NCBI RefSeq assembly: GCF_035084215.1
Contig: NC_090342.1
Span: 20,956,001 to 21,020,000 of the forward strand
Reading direction: 5' to 3'
Origin: Heptranchias perlo
Lineage: Eukaryota
Length of the DNA: 64,000 nt
Under the pieces are notes generated by a model. The model saw only the letters and a program-made list of their open reading frames with translations, searched no databases and was not told where the DNA came from. How positions within the stretch are numbered: the first letter of the stretch is position 1; each line of letters begins with the position of its first letter. Below, piece by piece: positions 1 through 13,000 of the stretch. Made by a program: the position numbers and the translations under genes.

Positions 1-71
1 TTATTTTTTCAGTCCTTTCTTAATAAACATAACTGTGATTAAGTCCTTGTATACTTCCTTTTCTCACATGT

Positions 72-235
72 CTACCAAGCTAGCCCCTTTGGATGTTTTG
101 ATTTCCTTTTCTTTTTCAATTGTTCCTTGATCTTCTTTCTTTGTCTAGGATGCATCCATGCCGGATACTGTCCATGTACGTCTAGAAGAGTCTTTTTGCT
201 CCTTTTCTTATCTACGTTCATAGTAGATGAGTCAT
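72..235 (-). CDS. LLPH: LLPH last coding exon
   Basis: cacag|AT GAC TCA...GCT TGG TAG; not in ORF track. Confidence 0.95.
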
Positions 236-2360
236 CTGTGAAGGTCAAGGTTTGTTTACATAATTACAAAATAGTCACATATTCAAATTAATTCTCAAAT
301 GACCAACATTTAAGTTCTGGCAAGTAGTGCCTTATTAAAACTATAATGTTCAACCCTGCCAATGGCTCAACTGCTTAAGGAAACCAGTAGCTGCACTACA
401 CAAACTAGGTAGGACCCAGATTTAATCTGTGGTTTGTGTCGAGTTAGTTGATCTCAGCTACTTGGCCTCAGCACCCTTGGGTTAGGGAGATGAAAGGTTT
501 CCAGCAACCCATTGACCCCTGCAGGAAGTGTGCGTGTGTGGGCATCAGCAGAGGACAAGACTGGGCTTGGTTGTGATGCCATAACAGCCAACAATTTGGA
601 TGAGGCATAAGGGATCAGACAGCGCCAGTGACAAATTTGCAGAAAAAGGAAGCAAAATTAATTCACAGATTCAAACCCTTCAACTTATAAATTAGATTTT
701 ATTGCCAATTTTGAGTCTCCAAAATAAGTTACTGAGCAATCACATATGTAAAATTTCTGTTTTCCCAATACGGAGTGCAGATTTTTTCCCTATATAAACA
801 CATCCTACTGACCTAAGTCCAGAGAGCCTAAGCGGAGGTTAAATACTATTATAGTACAATACATAATACTGGCAAGATTCCTACTGCTTGTCCAGCTAGG
901 ACCAACCTACTCATTAGTGTACTGGCTTGTAGAGCTATGTGAAGCCAAGCAGGCTGATCAATTAATTGACAGCGCTCTGTAGCACTGTAGACCTGCTTGG
1001 ATCAGGTGTTGGATTACCAAATCTGCCACATATGGTGCAAAGCCTCAGCAACAGGTAAAAATCTAAGATCTGGCATACACATCCAGCTTCTTAAGAACTA
1101 AATGAGGTACTAGGTTGAAGGCTTATCCGAAAATTGAAGAAAGCAATGTAAGTGGATTTCCACTTTGTTGAGGGGTCTATATAAGGATGAAACGATCTGC
1201 AAAATAAACACCTTGAGGTAGCACAATCAGTACTAGTACAGTGTGTGCCCCTTATGGGGAATCTTGAATAAAAAGAAATCCTGGCCTGTAATACAGGCAG
1301 AAGCTTTTTTAATGTTACACACCTCTAGAATTCTGCTCTTGAACACTTTGATGTCATTACCATAGACATTTGTAAAATCAGATAGGGTCTGGCACTGAGC
1401 CTTTTTAAACATGTTATCATTTTGTCTCCCACTGTGCTATGTCTATCTGGTTTCTTCTGTGTTGTAGTTGATCGTTCATCTTATGACCTTGCCCCATCAA
1501 CTCAGATTCCCCTGGCGTCTATCCTCTACTACTCTGTTCCCTATCACTGAGCTCCACTCAGCATCCAACCGTATCCACTCTTTTGCTTCTGATTTCACTC
1601 TACATTTATCAGCTTCCTTCAGATCGGATGTCTCAGTGACACCAACTTCTAATCATCTTGCAGTGTAATGCTGAATCATTAGTCAGCTCTTCAGAATTCG
1701 AAGTTACTTAATTCAAATCATTTGATAATTCAAAAGTTTTTTAAGCACTAAATTACATCGCCATGTTATTAACATTGCTTAATTCATATTATTGGATAAT
1801 TCGAAATTTTAGTGCAAAAAGCTTTGAAGTTGACTATATATCTAGATTTCTTCAAAGGAATAATGAAAATCTAATGTCTTGTTCCCTCAAAAATTCCAAA
1901 TTTGCTTACACGCTCTTCCTCCTTATATCCCGCTTGTTGAAATCAAGAGTCATTATAGTTTCCTATTCTAACTCATTAATTCCTATAATCTCAAACTCCT
2001 ACCCCAGGCTTTCCTGCCTCATAGAATCTTCAGGCTCTTAAAAACCAGTATTGGTACTGCTTAATCAAACTTTCTTGATGCACCTTGTCTTTGAACTTAG
2101 AGGCATTTTGTACTATGGTCATTGCCCAATAGTTTTTCAATAACAAAAAAAAAATTACCATCATCTCCTTCAGGTGGCTTCTGTTTGAGTTTTTCACATG
2201 GGACCACAGTTGCAACTTCTTTAACATCATTCATACTAATGTCACCACTGCCGTCCAATCCCAGTATACTTTTCAGCCGTGCAAGCTCCTTTGGTGCATT
2301 TTTTTTCCTCTTTTCTGCTCTCATCTTCCGCTTCCATTTACTTCTTGTACTTTTTGCCAT
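72..2360 (-). CDS. LLPH: LLP homolog (LLPH/LAP18), joined CDS 2360-2159, 235-72; 121 aa
   Basis: N-terminus [30 protein letters not shown] and C-terminus [21 protein letters not shown]...PKGLAW* are diagnostic; phase-1 GT-AG intron; 202+164=366 nt. Confidence 0.96.
360..600 (+). mobile_element. Degenerate SINE-like interspersed repeat (family not named)
   Basis: Shares blocks (gacccctgc.ggaagtg, ggacaggactgggcttggttgtgatgcc) with copies near 2500, 49600 and elsewhere. Confidence 0.55.
2159..2360 (-). CDS. LLPH: LLPH first coding exon (exon starts at 2368)
   Basis: tgcag|AACTAAGA ATG GCA AAA...GAT G|gtaatt. Confidence 0.95.
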
Positions 2361-2499
2361 TCTTAGTTCTGCATTTTACAAAAAAAATAAAATTACATTA
2401 ACCCCTGCTTTAAATATAAAGTTTGCATGTCGATTGAAAGATAAATTTTTTGTTCCCCCAAATGCCATCCTGAGTAAATGTACTGCATGAAGTAGTATT

Positions 2500-2770
2500 G
2501 AGCTATAAAAAGTCTCAGATTTGATCCCTGGGGCGAGGAAGGAGAAAAGAAAAACCAATTAGGGTTCCTGCTCCTGATTGTTATCCAGTGACCCTTTCTG
2601 TGAATTTTACTTGCATGGACAGGTTTGGGTTCCATGACTCCAAGTTCAATGCAAACACTCTCTCGGTTAAGAATGGCCATTTGAATGAGTCTCTTGAGGG
2701 GTGGTGTGGGATCATACTTGACTTCAGCATGAGTCAGTTTCTTCAAGTTAGGAGGGGAGAAAATTGGAAA
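2500..2770 (+). mobile_element. Degenerate SINE-like repeat, same family as 360-600
   Basis: agggttcctgctcctgattgttatccagtgaccc core and ggaggggagaaaattgg end recur in the window. Confidence 0.55.
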
Positions 2771-3619
2771 AAAATTAGGATCATTTCAATATTTTACACT
2801 TTTTGTCGAGTGCTTTGGGATTTTTTTCTGCATTAAAGCCCGATATAAATGCAAGTTGTTGTTACTTATTTTGATCAATGGCATCATACCATATTTCACT
2901 CTAATTTTAAAATAGGAAATAAAGATCTTACTGTGTTCTCATCATGAATATGGAAAAATAAAAGGAGAGAACAGAATGGAAATTTATGACCCCACTCCCA
3001 ACAGGGTAGTAAAACTTTTTGAAAACATTTAAAATTATAGTTTTAACTAGTGTAGTATCACCAACCATAAGAGTTAAGGCGTTGTGAATGAACATTCCAT
3101 GATGCAAGTGCATCATTTACAACAAGTCCAAATAGGTCAAAGACTGGTGACTTGTTTATTTGTATCTCCATGGAAAAACAAAACAAACATAGTAACATCT
3201 ACAGGAGTAGCATATAAGCTGTCCGCCAGTATTTATCAGTACACCAACCAGCATTTTTGCTCCTGATGTCCCCTCACTTGTTTTTAGATCAAAAACCAAA
3301 GGCCATTCTTGTACAGCACAAGCATATTTATCTGGTATCCAGAGGGCATAGCATTAGCATGTTACCTGTATAGTAGTCCTGGATAAAAGATCCCAGGTAT
3401 CAAGCTCGGGCTCCTAGGAGAAGATTTTCTAACAATTTAATTCATAACATAACCCAAACTCGGCATATTCATCTCAAATCATGAAAAGGGTTGGCTCTTG
3501 CTGCAATGCTTCTATTTCAATTTTTCTATGTAATCCTTATTGTTAATGTCATGAATTGGTATATAAGCACTTTTATACTGACAGTGTAGCATAAGGAGGA
3601 GGCACACAAAACAAAAATA

Positions 3620-4035
3620 AATTGTATTTATATTGCATCTTTTATGTCCAAAGTCTTGACAGCCAATTGATTATTTTGAAACGTAACCACTGTTAAATAG
3701 GCAAACGCAGCAGCCAATTTTGTACAGAGTAAGGTTCCATGAACAGCAATGAATAAATGACTAATTGATCTTTTTTGATGGTGTTGGTTGAAGGATAAAT
3801 GTTGGTGAAAACTCCCCTGTCCTTCAATTGTGCCATGAGATCTTCATGTCCACCTGAGCAGGCAGGTGGGACCTCAATTTTAACATCTCATCCAAACGAT
3901 GGTATGCCTTGGAATGCAGCACTCCCTCAGCATTATACTGAAGTGTCAGCCTTGATTATGTGATAAAGTCTCTCTATCAGGGCTTGAACCCACAACTTTC
4001 TGCCCCAGATGCAGGAGTGCTACCATTTGCCATAC
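3620..4035 (-). mobile_element. tRNA-derived DeuSINE (SacSINE1-like)
   Basis: Reverse strand reads Deu-domain-like gtgctgca...tttggatgagatgttaaa...caggtggacatgaagatctcatggcac, with a tRNA-like head (gtgggttcaagccc) and an L2-like tail. Confidence 0.75.
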
Positions 4036-4389
4036 TGACACTATACTGTACTCTACTGCCAGAACACTATATTGTACATGAGCCCAACTTCACGGCTGTG
4101 ATGGCATCTGAGTTGCTCATATTGATCTTTCAATGGATTCCAGTTACTGCTAAGCGCATTGTTAAGTGTAAAAAGGGAAGACTTGGACTCAGAGGTCACA
4201 AGTCTCTCTGCTAGGGCTCCCAGCATTGATGTAAAAATGTCTTCTGATACTGAACTGACCTATATTTTCAACATTCTGTTTCATTCCAGTTTCCACCATT
4301 AACATTGTTTTTCTTTTTATCGTTTCATATAAACAGTGGTGCAAACAGTCCAAAACACAGATCTGGTTTTAGTAGTCCTAGATACAGAT

Positions 4390-4515
4390 CAGCACTCCCT
4401 CAGTACTACAATGACGTGCCAGTCCAGATTTTGTGCTCAAGTCGCTGGAGTGGGACTTGAAACCATAACCTCCATGATTCAGCAGTGAGAATACAACCAA
4501 TGAGCCACAGGCTAA
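4390..4515 (-). mobile_element. 5' fragment of the same DeuSINE
   Basis: agcactccctcagtac...gtgggacttgaaacc...tgagccac matches 3918-4030. Confidence 0.65.
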
Positions 4516-4574
4516 TCTTTAATTGCTGGGGACTCCAGGACAATTCTGGAGCGTTGGCAGCCCTATGCAGAACT

Positions 4575-4745
4575 CGGGTGGGGAGATATCGTCCCTACGT
4601 GGGGCGGTATCTGGGAACACGAATGGGTTCTGTTATGTGTCAGTGTATGGGAACACGGATGGGCCCTGCGTGGAGCAGTGTGTGCGAGTATGGAGGCCCT
4701 GTGTGGGGCAGTGTCTGGGAGTACGGAAGGGCCCTGTGAGGCGCA
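4575..4745. repeat. Degenerate ~34-bp minisatellite, about 5 units
   Basis: Unit approximately gtggggcagtgtctgggagtacggaagggccctgt. Confidence 0.7.
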
Positions 4746-5250
4746 GGCAGAGCTTTCAGCATCGGCATAAAATCGAGCATGTTTCAAATCACAATGACCG
4801 ACATTTATCGGGTCTGAGCACACAGCCTGATGCTGGACGCCATCCCTGTGCTGCGCGATGCGAACACCTCCCAAGGACAGAAGCAGGAGGCCGAGCTCAC
4901 CGCCATTTCCTGCTGGGAGGAATTAATCAAGGCAGAATCCACTGATTTCACGATTCCCTGGAGTGTAACTTCACGGCCGCCCGTCTTCCTGCCTATTAAC
5001 AGTGGGGGGAAAACGGTAAAATATTCACTTACATTTGTCACTCCGACCACCAACTACGCACACCCGCACTTCGATCGCGACACGTGCCGACTCCGAGACA
5101 ACATCAGGGGATTATGGGAACTTGGAGGATCTCCTCAGACCTCCCAATACTCCTCCAGTCTATCGGGTACAACACAAACAATTCATTGTAAAAGAATTGA
5201 TAGCAGCTCGAACTGCATCAGCCCAGGGGAAAAGTAGACATTTACCGCAC
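4740..5250 (-). promoter_or_regulatory. LLPH: CpG-rich LLPH promoter / non-coding exon 1
   Basis: Local CpG enrichment; minus-strand donors GTAAGTG (5032) and GTGAGC (4900); YY1-like AAATGGCG (4901-4908); E-box CACGTG (5081-5086). Confidence 0.7.
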
Positions 5251-5802
5251 ACTATATTAAAGCAAATAATCAATATGCATGCTTTTCAGTTATTCTTAGA
5301 TATTTCCGTGTTTAGCAATATTTATTGTACTGATAGCAAATATACCACGCCCACAGCTGTTCCTGCTACGCTAAATCAGCACTGAGCCGATTCAATTGCA
5401 AATTAATCCGAGTCGAAGCAGAGGAGATTCTTTTTGAAGATGTACTAAAATGCTTACAAATATTTTGAGAATTTTGACACTGTTTTAGGGTCACTTAGGG
5501 TCAAATAAAACTGTTGGACTACAACCTGGTGTTGTAAGATTCCTTACTTCTTTAGTTGGTTCATCATCAATATTCAAAAGAAAATAATCTTTTATATTTC
5601 AATTTATAATGCTCCTGCACGTTAACTAAAAGTTCAGAATTGTTTAACTTGGCATGGTAAAAAGTAAGAAGACATACCTTTTATTTGTTGATTGCAGGTG
5701 TTTGGATTGATTAAAGGGTGACTGTTAGTGGTAGGTGCTAAGTACAACAATGGTTAGAAGGGAAAGTTCTAATATGTTTACTCTATTGGAACCTGCCCTT
5801 AG

Positions 5803-6090
5803 GAATATAGGAACAGGAGTAGGCTATTCAGCCCTTCGACCCTGTCTGCCATTCAATTAGATCATGGCTGTTCTGTATCTTAACTCCATTTACCCACCAT
5901 GGCTCTGTAAGCTAGCCTAACAAAAATTTATAAATCTCAGTTTTGAAATTTTCCATTGACGTAGCCTCAACAGCTTTTTGGGGGAAGAGAGTTTCAGATT
6001 TACACTACCCTTATGTGAAGAACTGCTTACTGACATCACGCCTGAACAGCCGAGCTCTAATTTTAAGTTTATGCCCCCTTGTTCTGAACT
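5803..6090 (-). mobile_element. CR1/HER1-type LINE 3' end
   Basis: Reverse complement of the tail seen at 26500-26600 (ggagtaggc...atcatggctg). Confidence 0.75.
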
Positions 6091-6147
6091 CTCCTACTTT
6101 GTGATATGGCAACTTGCACACCAGAGCATTCCTGATGGCCAAAATAA

Positions 6148-6750
6148 TGGGCAGAATTTGCTGGAGGGGGGCATCTCACACCACGTCCCATAAGTTGGAT
6201 TTTTTTTCCCTCACCCTTCAGCTCGAAAAATTTTTGTGCTGCAAGTTGCTGGATGTGTGAATTGATAATGGGGTCAACGTGACATCTGGGACCTTGGTGA
6301 ATGACAGGACCAATAGTCTATCTCCTTAAATTTCATTGGTTAAGAATAGAGAAACAGAGCGAACGACTGAGAAGGAAATAGGGTGAAAAAGTCAAATTAC
6401 ATACAGAAAGATAAATAAAATAAGGGAAGGAAACACTGGAATAAGAGTGAGAAAAAAAAGACAAAGGAAAAGAGATAAAAATTCTAAATTTAAAATTTAA
6501 AAAACCTCTAGGAATAATTTACTACCTGTAGGAGTGAGACACCCAGTTTCAATTGTTCCCTTTCTGGGCCTCAGACGTTGAGTGGCTTTGCGCGAGTATA
6601 AATCTAGTCATTAAAAGGGTCCTCACATCGTCAAATACCAGCAATTTGTGGCGATTCGTATCTCCTCCTCGCCATAAATTGCTGGGGTTTTTTTTTTAAA
6701 CACACTATAAATGGAGAAACAAGCAGGCGCAATACAAGTTACAATATTTG
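6148..6750. mobile_element. Non-autonomous DNA transposon remnant (Harbinger-like end)
   Basis: gggcagaatttgctgg terminus and internal 17-bp inverted repeat 6638-6685. Confidence 0.35.
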
Positions 6751-7557
6751 CACCAATTGTGTGGCTGACTCTTGCATTTTGTTTGGAGGGCTGCTGATTG
6801 CTGTACTTTTCTCTTGGATCCTTAAAATCATAATTTAACATAGAAACAACCATCTCCTTAATGCAAGGAGATAGATTTATAGTAATCATCTACTATACTA
6901 TTACTTGTTCTTTCTACCATTCATTTATGTTTATTGTTCAATTAATCTGTCTAGTAGTAAATAGCCTGAACCACAATCTGATAGTGTTTATTCTTCTGCC
7001 TTTACAAAGTCAAGGAAACCACATGGCAGATATAGCCAGTAAGCCAAAATACAGGGACAAAGGTTCTCTGTTCCTAGTTATTGGGTAACTAAAGTCACAC
7101 TCTGGTTTATGGAGCTTGGGTTTGGTTCTGGGAGTGATTTGTGATGCTGAACCCAAGGGAAATATGTACTGTGACAACCCAAAAACATAACATCTTGAGT
7201 GCAAGTACACATATGCAGAGCTCTTTCTGATCCAGAGAACTGATTTGGAGCCAGACAGCATAAATCAGCTTCTTCCAGACTGGAATCATTTCTCTAACCA
7301 CCAGTATTAGATCATTATCTACAAAGTAAATGCAATATTAGCATTATGATATATTGTATATCATTTTATATCTTGTTCCTAAGCAATTTTTTTTCCTATT
7401 TAAAGAGCAATATGTAATTTCAGTTGTGGCAGCTGATAAAAGCATTGACTTTTTGAAAGTAATGCAGAACATAAAATAGGGCTGTAAATGCAATTGAACA
7501 CATAATTGAACATAAAATCTACTCAATACACAATGAAGCAGGGAAATGGGGACCATT

Positions 7558-7810
7558 GTTACATAGAATGTACAGCACAGAAACAGATTATTCAGCCCAA
7601 CTGGTCTACTCCGTTTATGCTCCACATGAGCCTCCCACCCTACTTCACCTAACACGATCCTCCTCCCACCCTACTTCATCTAACCCTATCAGCATATCCT
7701 TCTATTCCTTTCTGCCTTATGTACTTATCTAGCTTCCCCTTAAATGCATCTATGCTATTCCATCCAACTACACCACATGGTGCCAGTTCCACATTCTAAC
7801 CACTCTGGGG
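7558..7810 (-). mobile_element. CR1-type LINE 3' end
   Basis: tacagcacagaaacag...atgctccacatgagcctcc matches 29155-29360. Confidence 0.75.
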
Positions 7811-9887
7811 TGAACTAGCCTGCATGCTTGGCTTACTTTAAAAGCATTTGCAGATTATGCTGTACTGAAAATAGGACTTCTCATACCTCATCTAGGTCAC
7901 AACAGATCACTGCAGATGAAAACAAGAGATGCCTACTTACATGCCTGAGTTTCTACTGCCACTTGCTTGAGTGTGTGTCATTTTATAAATCATGTGAAGA
8001 AAAATGCAGCAAGGGTACTTATGATCCCAACCAAAAGTGATGTGTCTATTAAAAATAAACTTTGAATAAATACAAGTTTTTAAAAAAGCAGTCCTGACAG
8101 GGGCAGGGACTGTCCAAGAGACCGCAGTAGCAGGGTAAGAGCACAAAAATTACATTTTCCACAATAACACGTCAATTGAATTGTTGTGTGTCTTTTGATG
8201 CTTTATTAGAGCTTACTTGAAGGATTCAGCCTCTCCCAGAAGCTTGGGCCTGGAGTTGATATTTTGTCCATTTAAGCCAGTTTGGCTGAAGGCAGGTCCT
8301 GAAGTCTCACCATGTGCAGTGTGCACTATTTATGCAGATGCATCAATAGCATTTAAGCTAACCAGATGATACAATGCTTCTCTCTTAGTTTCTAACAAAA
8401 TCTTTTTGGTTGTTTTTCAAAATTATTTGTAGAAAGGGAAGAAAGTAGATAGCAGTAAAGTGTTTTTTGAGGACTTGGCTCAAATTTTGAATCAAAGTAT
8501 TTGATTGACTTCTTGGGTTATTTAAACTAATGAGAAAAGCATCAGGTCTGTGGGTTATGGGCACAATCTATAATAAAGACTTAATGAGATTTCAACACAA
8601 TTGTCACTAAATTGGTTGATATGTATTTTGAAAGATTAAAATTCAACACGTGCAGTCTCTAAACTCTGCAAAAAAAACTTCATACTTATTTCACAATTAA
8701 GCAATGATAATGCTATCCACTCCCCATTTAAAATGGAAATTGATCTAACAATAGTTAAAAGAATACCATAATTCTCTCCATATAATGTGCCCTTTTCCTA
8801 TCCCTGTAATTCACATACAAGTCAATTTTTCTCTGCTCTGTTGATTTACATTTAGAGTCTCACATACAACACAAACTAGATATAATTTGTTTCAATAGGA
8901 ACAGAACTGCACATTTTATACATAAGTCATTGGGTTCAGTTTTCATTTTTAAAAAATCACTATGCAACGTTCAGACATATTTAGAAAAGAAAATGGGTAA
9001 CAGAATCAGTAAAAAGTTACAATACCCAGCTAGCAGTCTGCATAAAAGTTGCATTATTTATATTCATGAGGAGCAAACTGTCCCCCATGAGCTAACCGCC
9101 ACTTCATTAAAATCCCAGACCTCGAGTGAATTATCCTTTATGCAATTTTTTTTCAAACAAGGATTCCCATTTCATAGAACTACCTGCTCTCCCCCTCCCC
9201 CAAACACAGATTTCATCTAGAATGTTCTGGGAGCCAAATAAAAGGGGTATTTCACAATTGGTTACCTAACATAAGATACATTTTTAATTCCTTTTAAAAT
9301 AGACACTTTCAAGTAGAAAAGGCAAATTGCACAAATTTTATTCAAAGGGATGACTTACATTCAATTAAACAAAAAAAGGTTTTTTTTACAGATAGACTTC
9401 AACCTATGAGCATTCAAATAATTACAAGCAAGAGAAAGAGAGGTATTGCACAAGAAAGGATAAGAAAACAATCCTTCATTGAATCCATGTCAAATCTAAA
9501 ATCCCATTTTAGCACCAAATTTCAATCTAGGAGAGAGACTTTTTTTTTAAAAAAAGTTTTAAACAATCTAAATTCAAACCAAGCAAAGCTAACAAAAAAT
9601 GTTGCTGGATTCTGAGTCTGGATTGGTGTTCATTCCCAATTTATAATATTTTTTCTTTAAAACTATTCTCCCAAAAGTGCCCTTCATGTCCCCCAAAGAA
9701 AAACTGTACAAATTGACAATTACTCAAAATTATCTACATCATACTATAATGAACATAAATATGATCCATCAAGAACAAAGTCAGCCAATAAAGTAAACCA
9801 GCAAGTCCTTACACAAAGTGCATTCCCTTCATTAAAGTTTTACAGTTAGAGACATATTAAGATCTTTTTCTGCAATAATCCTAGTCA

Positions 9888-10094
9888 TCACTTTTTGTTA
9901 AACGACTGCAGGATTCGGAGGATATGTAAGAAGAGGTTAATGATGTCCAAGTACAAGTTAATTGAAGCCAGTACATATTCTTCAGGTGAAAGTTTGTGCA
10001 TCAGTAGATGTGTGTCATAGATAATAAAGCCGCAGAAGAGGAAAGCGCCTGCAGATGCAAATACAAGCTCCACTGTGTTGTTGAAGAAGAACAG
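9888..10094 (-). CDS. TMBIM4: TMBIM4 exon 7
   Basis: ttcag|CTG TTC...AAA AAG TGA; contains both conserved aspartates (YDTH, YLDII). Confidence 0.96.
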   Translation of the reverse strand: MFFFNNTVELVFASAGAFLFCGFIIYDTHLLMHKLSPEEYVLASINLYLDIINLFLHILRILQSFNKK

Positions 10095-13000
10095 CTGAAG
10101 TAAAGCAAGAGACATGTGTTAGGAATCCTCTTAAGGCTGATGCCATTATGACAAATATGAAGCATTTTTGTCTATGATGTCATGGTATTATTTTCTTTCC
10201 TGTGACTGTACATAGTTAAAACCAGGCCCATTACAACTTGCATCTACATAGCATCTTTAATGTCAAAAAATGTTCCAAGATACACAGAAACTGGTGCATC
10301 TCTGGCAGGGCACCTTGACCTCAGGTGACTTTCCAGTGCCAGGAGGTCATAAAAAGGTCAAAGATTGTTCATCATTGGAGCCATTCACTACAAATCAGGA
10401 CTAAATGTACTTCAGCTGGAGAGTACAGAATATCACATATGAACATGTTCCCCATCAAAATTAAGATCAATCTCCTTACAGCATTGACTATGGTACATCA
10501 AAGTAGTGTTCCTTCCCCGTAGGACCAGTGAATATACTGGGCTATTTTCAACGGATGGAACCAAACCTGTTATGTGGGTTACCTCACTGGTGCAGGATTA
10601 TGACTTATCTGTCAGGGCCCCACTATGTCAGATATACTTGAGTATATCCTTGCAGCACTAAAGCTGGTTCCAACAGATGCTAGTAGAGAATCCCATGTAA
10701 ATCTCATATGAAAGCATGCTATGTTCAGATAAAAACCACCACAGGCAGTGTGGACAGCCAACATAAATATTTGAGCATTTCAAACAACTCTTAAATCATA
10801 GTCACTGCAAAAAGTTGAGCAACAAAACAAAACCAGATAGTAAGGAGTGACAGGCATACTGGTAACTACACAGCTGTCTCCAGTAGACTACACTGCCTTT
10901 TAGGCTAGAAAAGTTATGGATTTATAAAACACTCGTTCAATTATTGGTAAAATCTGACATTTGCTTATACAAACTAATGTCTCTAGCCGTATGTTTATAA
11001 CAAAATCCACATTAAAATATCAATTTTTATGATTTCGAGTGACTAATTCAGTTGCAATTTAAAACAACTAATACTTACTCTTAAAAATCCAGCCAGGATC
11101 AAAATCCACAGACATGCAAAGAGACTAAAGATAAAATGAAACAAAAATAAATATTGTGGCATTTAGTCATTGTCCTGTGTAGATTACATGTTGACATGTA
11201 CTCCAATCATCATCAAATTCTACATGGCACCATAGGCTAAGCTTCACCATCAGGACTGTGGAAACTACAAGATATGGTACGTAGGTAACGCCCCTATTTT
11301 ATAGTGGATATTTTGGTAAAACCCTTATATAAAAAAAATATACAAGCCATTAATACAGTGCATGAAATTATGACTGTGCAATATTAAACAGATTTTACAA
11401 TATATTTGCATTTTCATACAAGAAGGAGGTACTCTCTTTCAGATTAAACATATCAAGTCATCTCAATTTGTGGCAAGTTTGGCTTTTGAACTGAATCCAG
11501 AGTTATTGTTATAAAACCAGTGGTACATGACATGTTTCCACAATTTGGTAATTACAAAGAAATATATACCAGGACTGACATGGTTTTTATCTGCTGGACA
11601 GTAGTTTTTTATCTGCTGGACGGTAGTGGTCACAAATATCCTGGCACTGCATCTAACATCCAATGGCTTTTCACCAAATAATTCTTAATGCAAGTAGTTA
11701 AATAATATAAAGCAGCATGGCTACTATAGTCAAGACTTCGATTATCAGTACATTACAGGTAAAAATTAAACAGAAACTTGTACTATAAATATAAATAAGA
11801 GCATACAAGATTTGGCACTCTTTTCCCCCATCTCTTCTGAAGGCTGCAATTTATGGTATGATTCTATTGGGACACGCAGCCCTTCAGTACTTCACCCAAG
11901 GTGCAATTCTTTTGAGTGAATGTTGGCAGGCTATGCAACTGCAGGGCATCATAGACAACTACAATCCTGCCCTGAACCTAGATCCACTTTCACAGTAAAT
12001 ATACAGTTTCTATACTTTGATTTCGCAGTGCTATTAATGAAGTAATTAAAAATAATTTGTTGTTGAGCTTGATTAGCTGGTGTCCAAAACCATAAGGTTC
12101 CTATCTTTAGTACTCAAGTGCCACAAAGTGGCAAGAGGCGAGTCTGTGCCTACAATTTCCCAAATGGAAATCCCTGATCTCAGCCAGGTCACTGGAGCAG
12201 GTGGGAGAGCAGGCAAGAGGACAAGTGGAACACTTTCTAGTGGTCAATTATTCCCAGTTATTTCCAAAAAAAGTTATCTGCAAATTTCTTCTGCAAAGAG
12301 AATGCTGCGTACCTCAGGGTCCTAAAATGGAGGGACAGAAAAATGAATCATTATGCAGAACTTTTAAAATATATCCAGTCTTTTTCTAGTGCACATACCC
12401 TGCTCCATATTTACTGAAATCTCTCTTCGACTGGAACGTGTAGACAGTCAATGCAAGGAATACAGCAGTTGTAAGAACAAATGCTTGCAGAACCACCGAA
12501 TAGTCATAGAAAGTGACTAAAAATGAAAAGAAAGACAGATTTAAAACATGGTTACCACAGAACTTCAAGATAGACTATTCACATATTTATATCTCTGAAG
12601 AAAGACCTGATTTAATTCAGTATTCTATAGCATTAGGCACACAACGATTGATTAATACAAGCAATTCCATATAGGTGAACAACAAAAAGGTATGGTGGAG
12701 CGCTCAGAAGTCAATTTGTAAAATTAAATAATCTTGTTTTTCTGCAAATTACTATGGAACATAACCAGATTTCTTGAGCTCATATGTCACACAGCATTCT
12801 CAATTAAACGAATATGAAAACCAAAAGCAAAATACTGCAGATGCTGGAAATCTGAAATAAAAACAGAAAATGCTGCAAATACTCAGCAAGTCAGGCAGCA
12901 TCTGTGGAGAAAGAAACATAGTTAACGTTTCAGGTCAATGACCCTTTGTCAGAAGTGGAAGAAGTTGATGATTAAACAGTTTTTAAAGCAAATACAGAGC

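Noticed and set aside
3960-4035. tRNA-like B box
   Set aside because: It is a decayed SINE head; no cloverleaf
4575-4745. CRISPR-like ~34-bp periodicity (also 19605-19706)
   Set aside because: Contiguous degenerate tandem units without unique spacers; eukaryotic context, no cas genes
4485-5385. Several overlapping 80-140 aa ORFs
   Set aside because: Arise from the minisatellite and GC-rich promoter; no recognisable motifs
7630-7686. Short tandem duplication cctcccaccctacttca
   Set aside because: Ordinary slippage inside a CR1 tail
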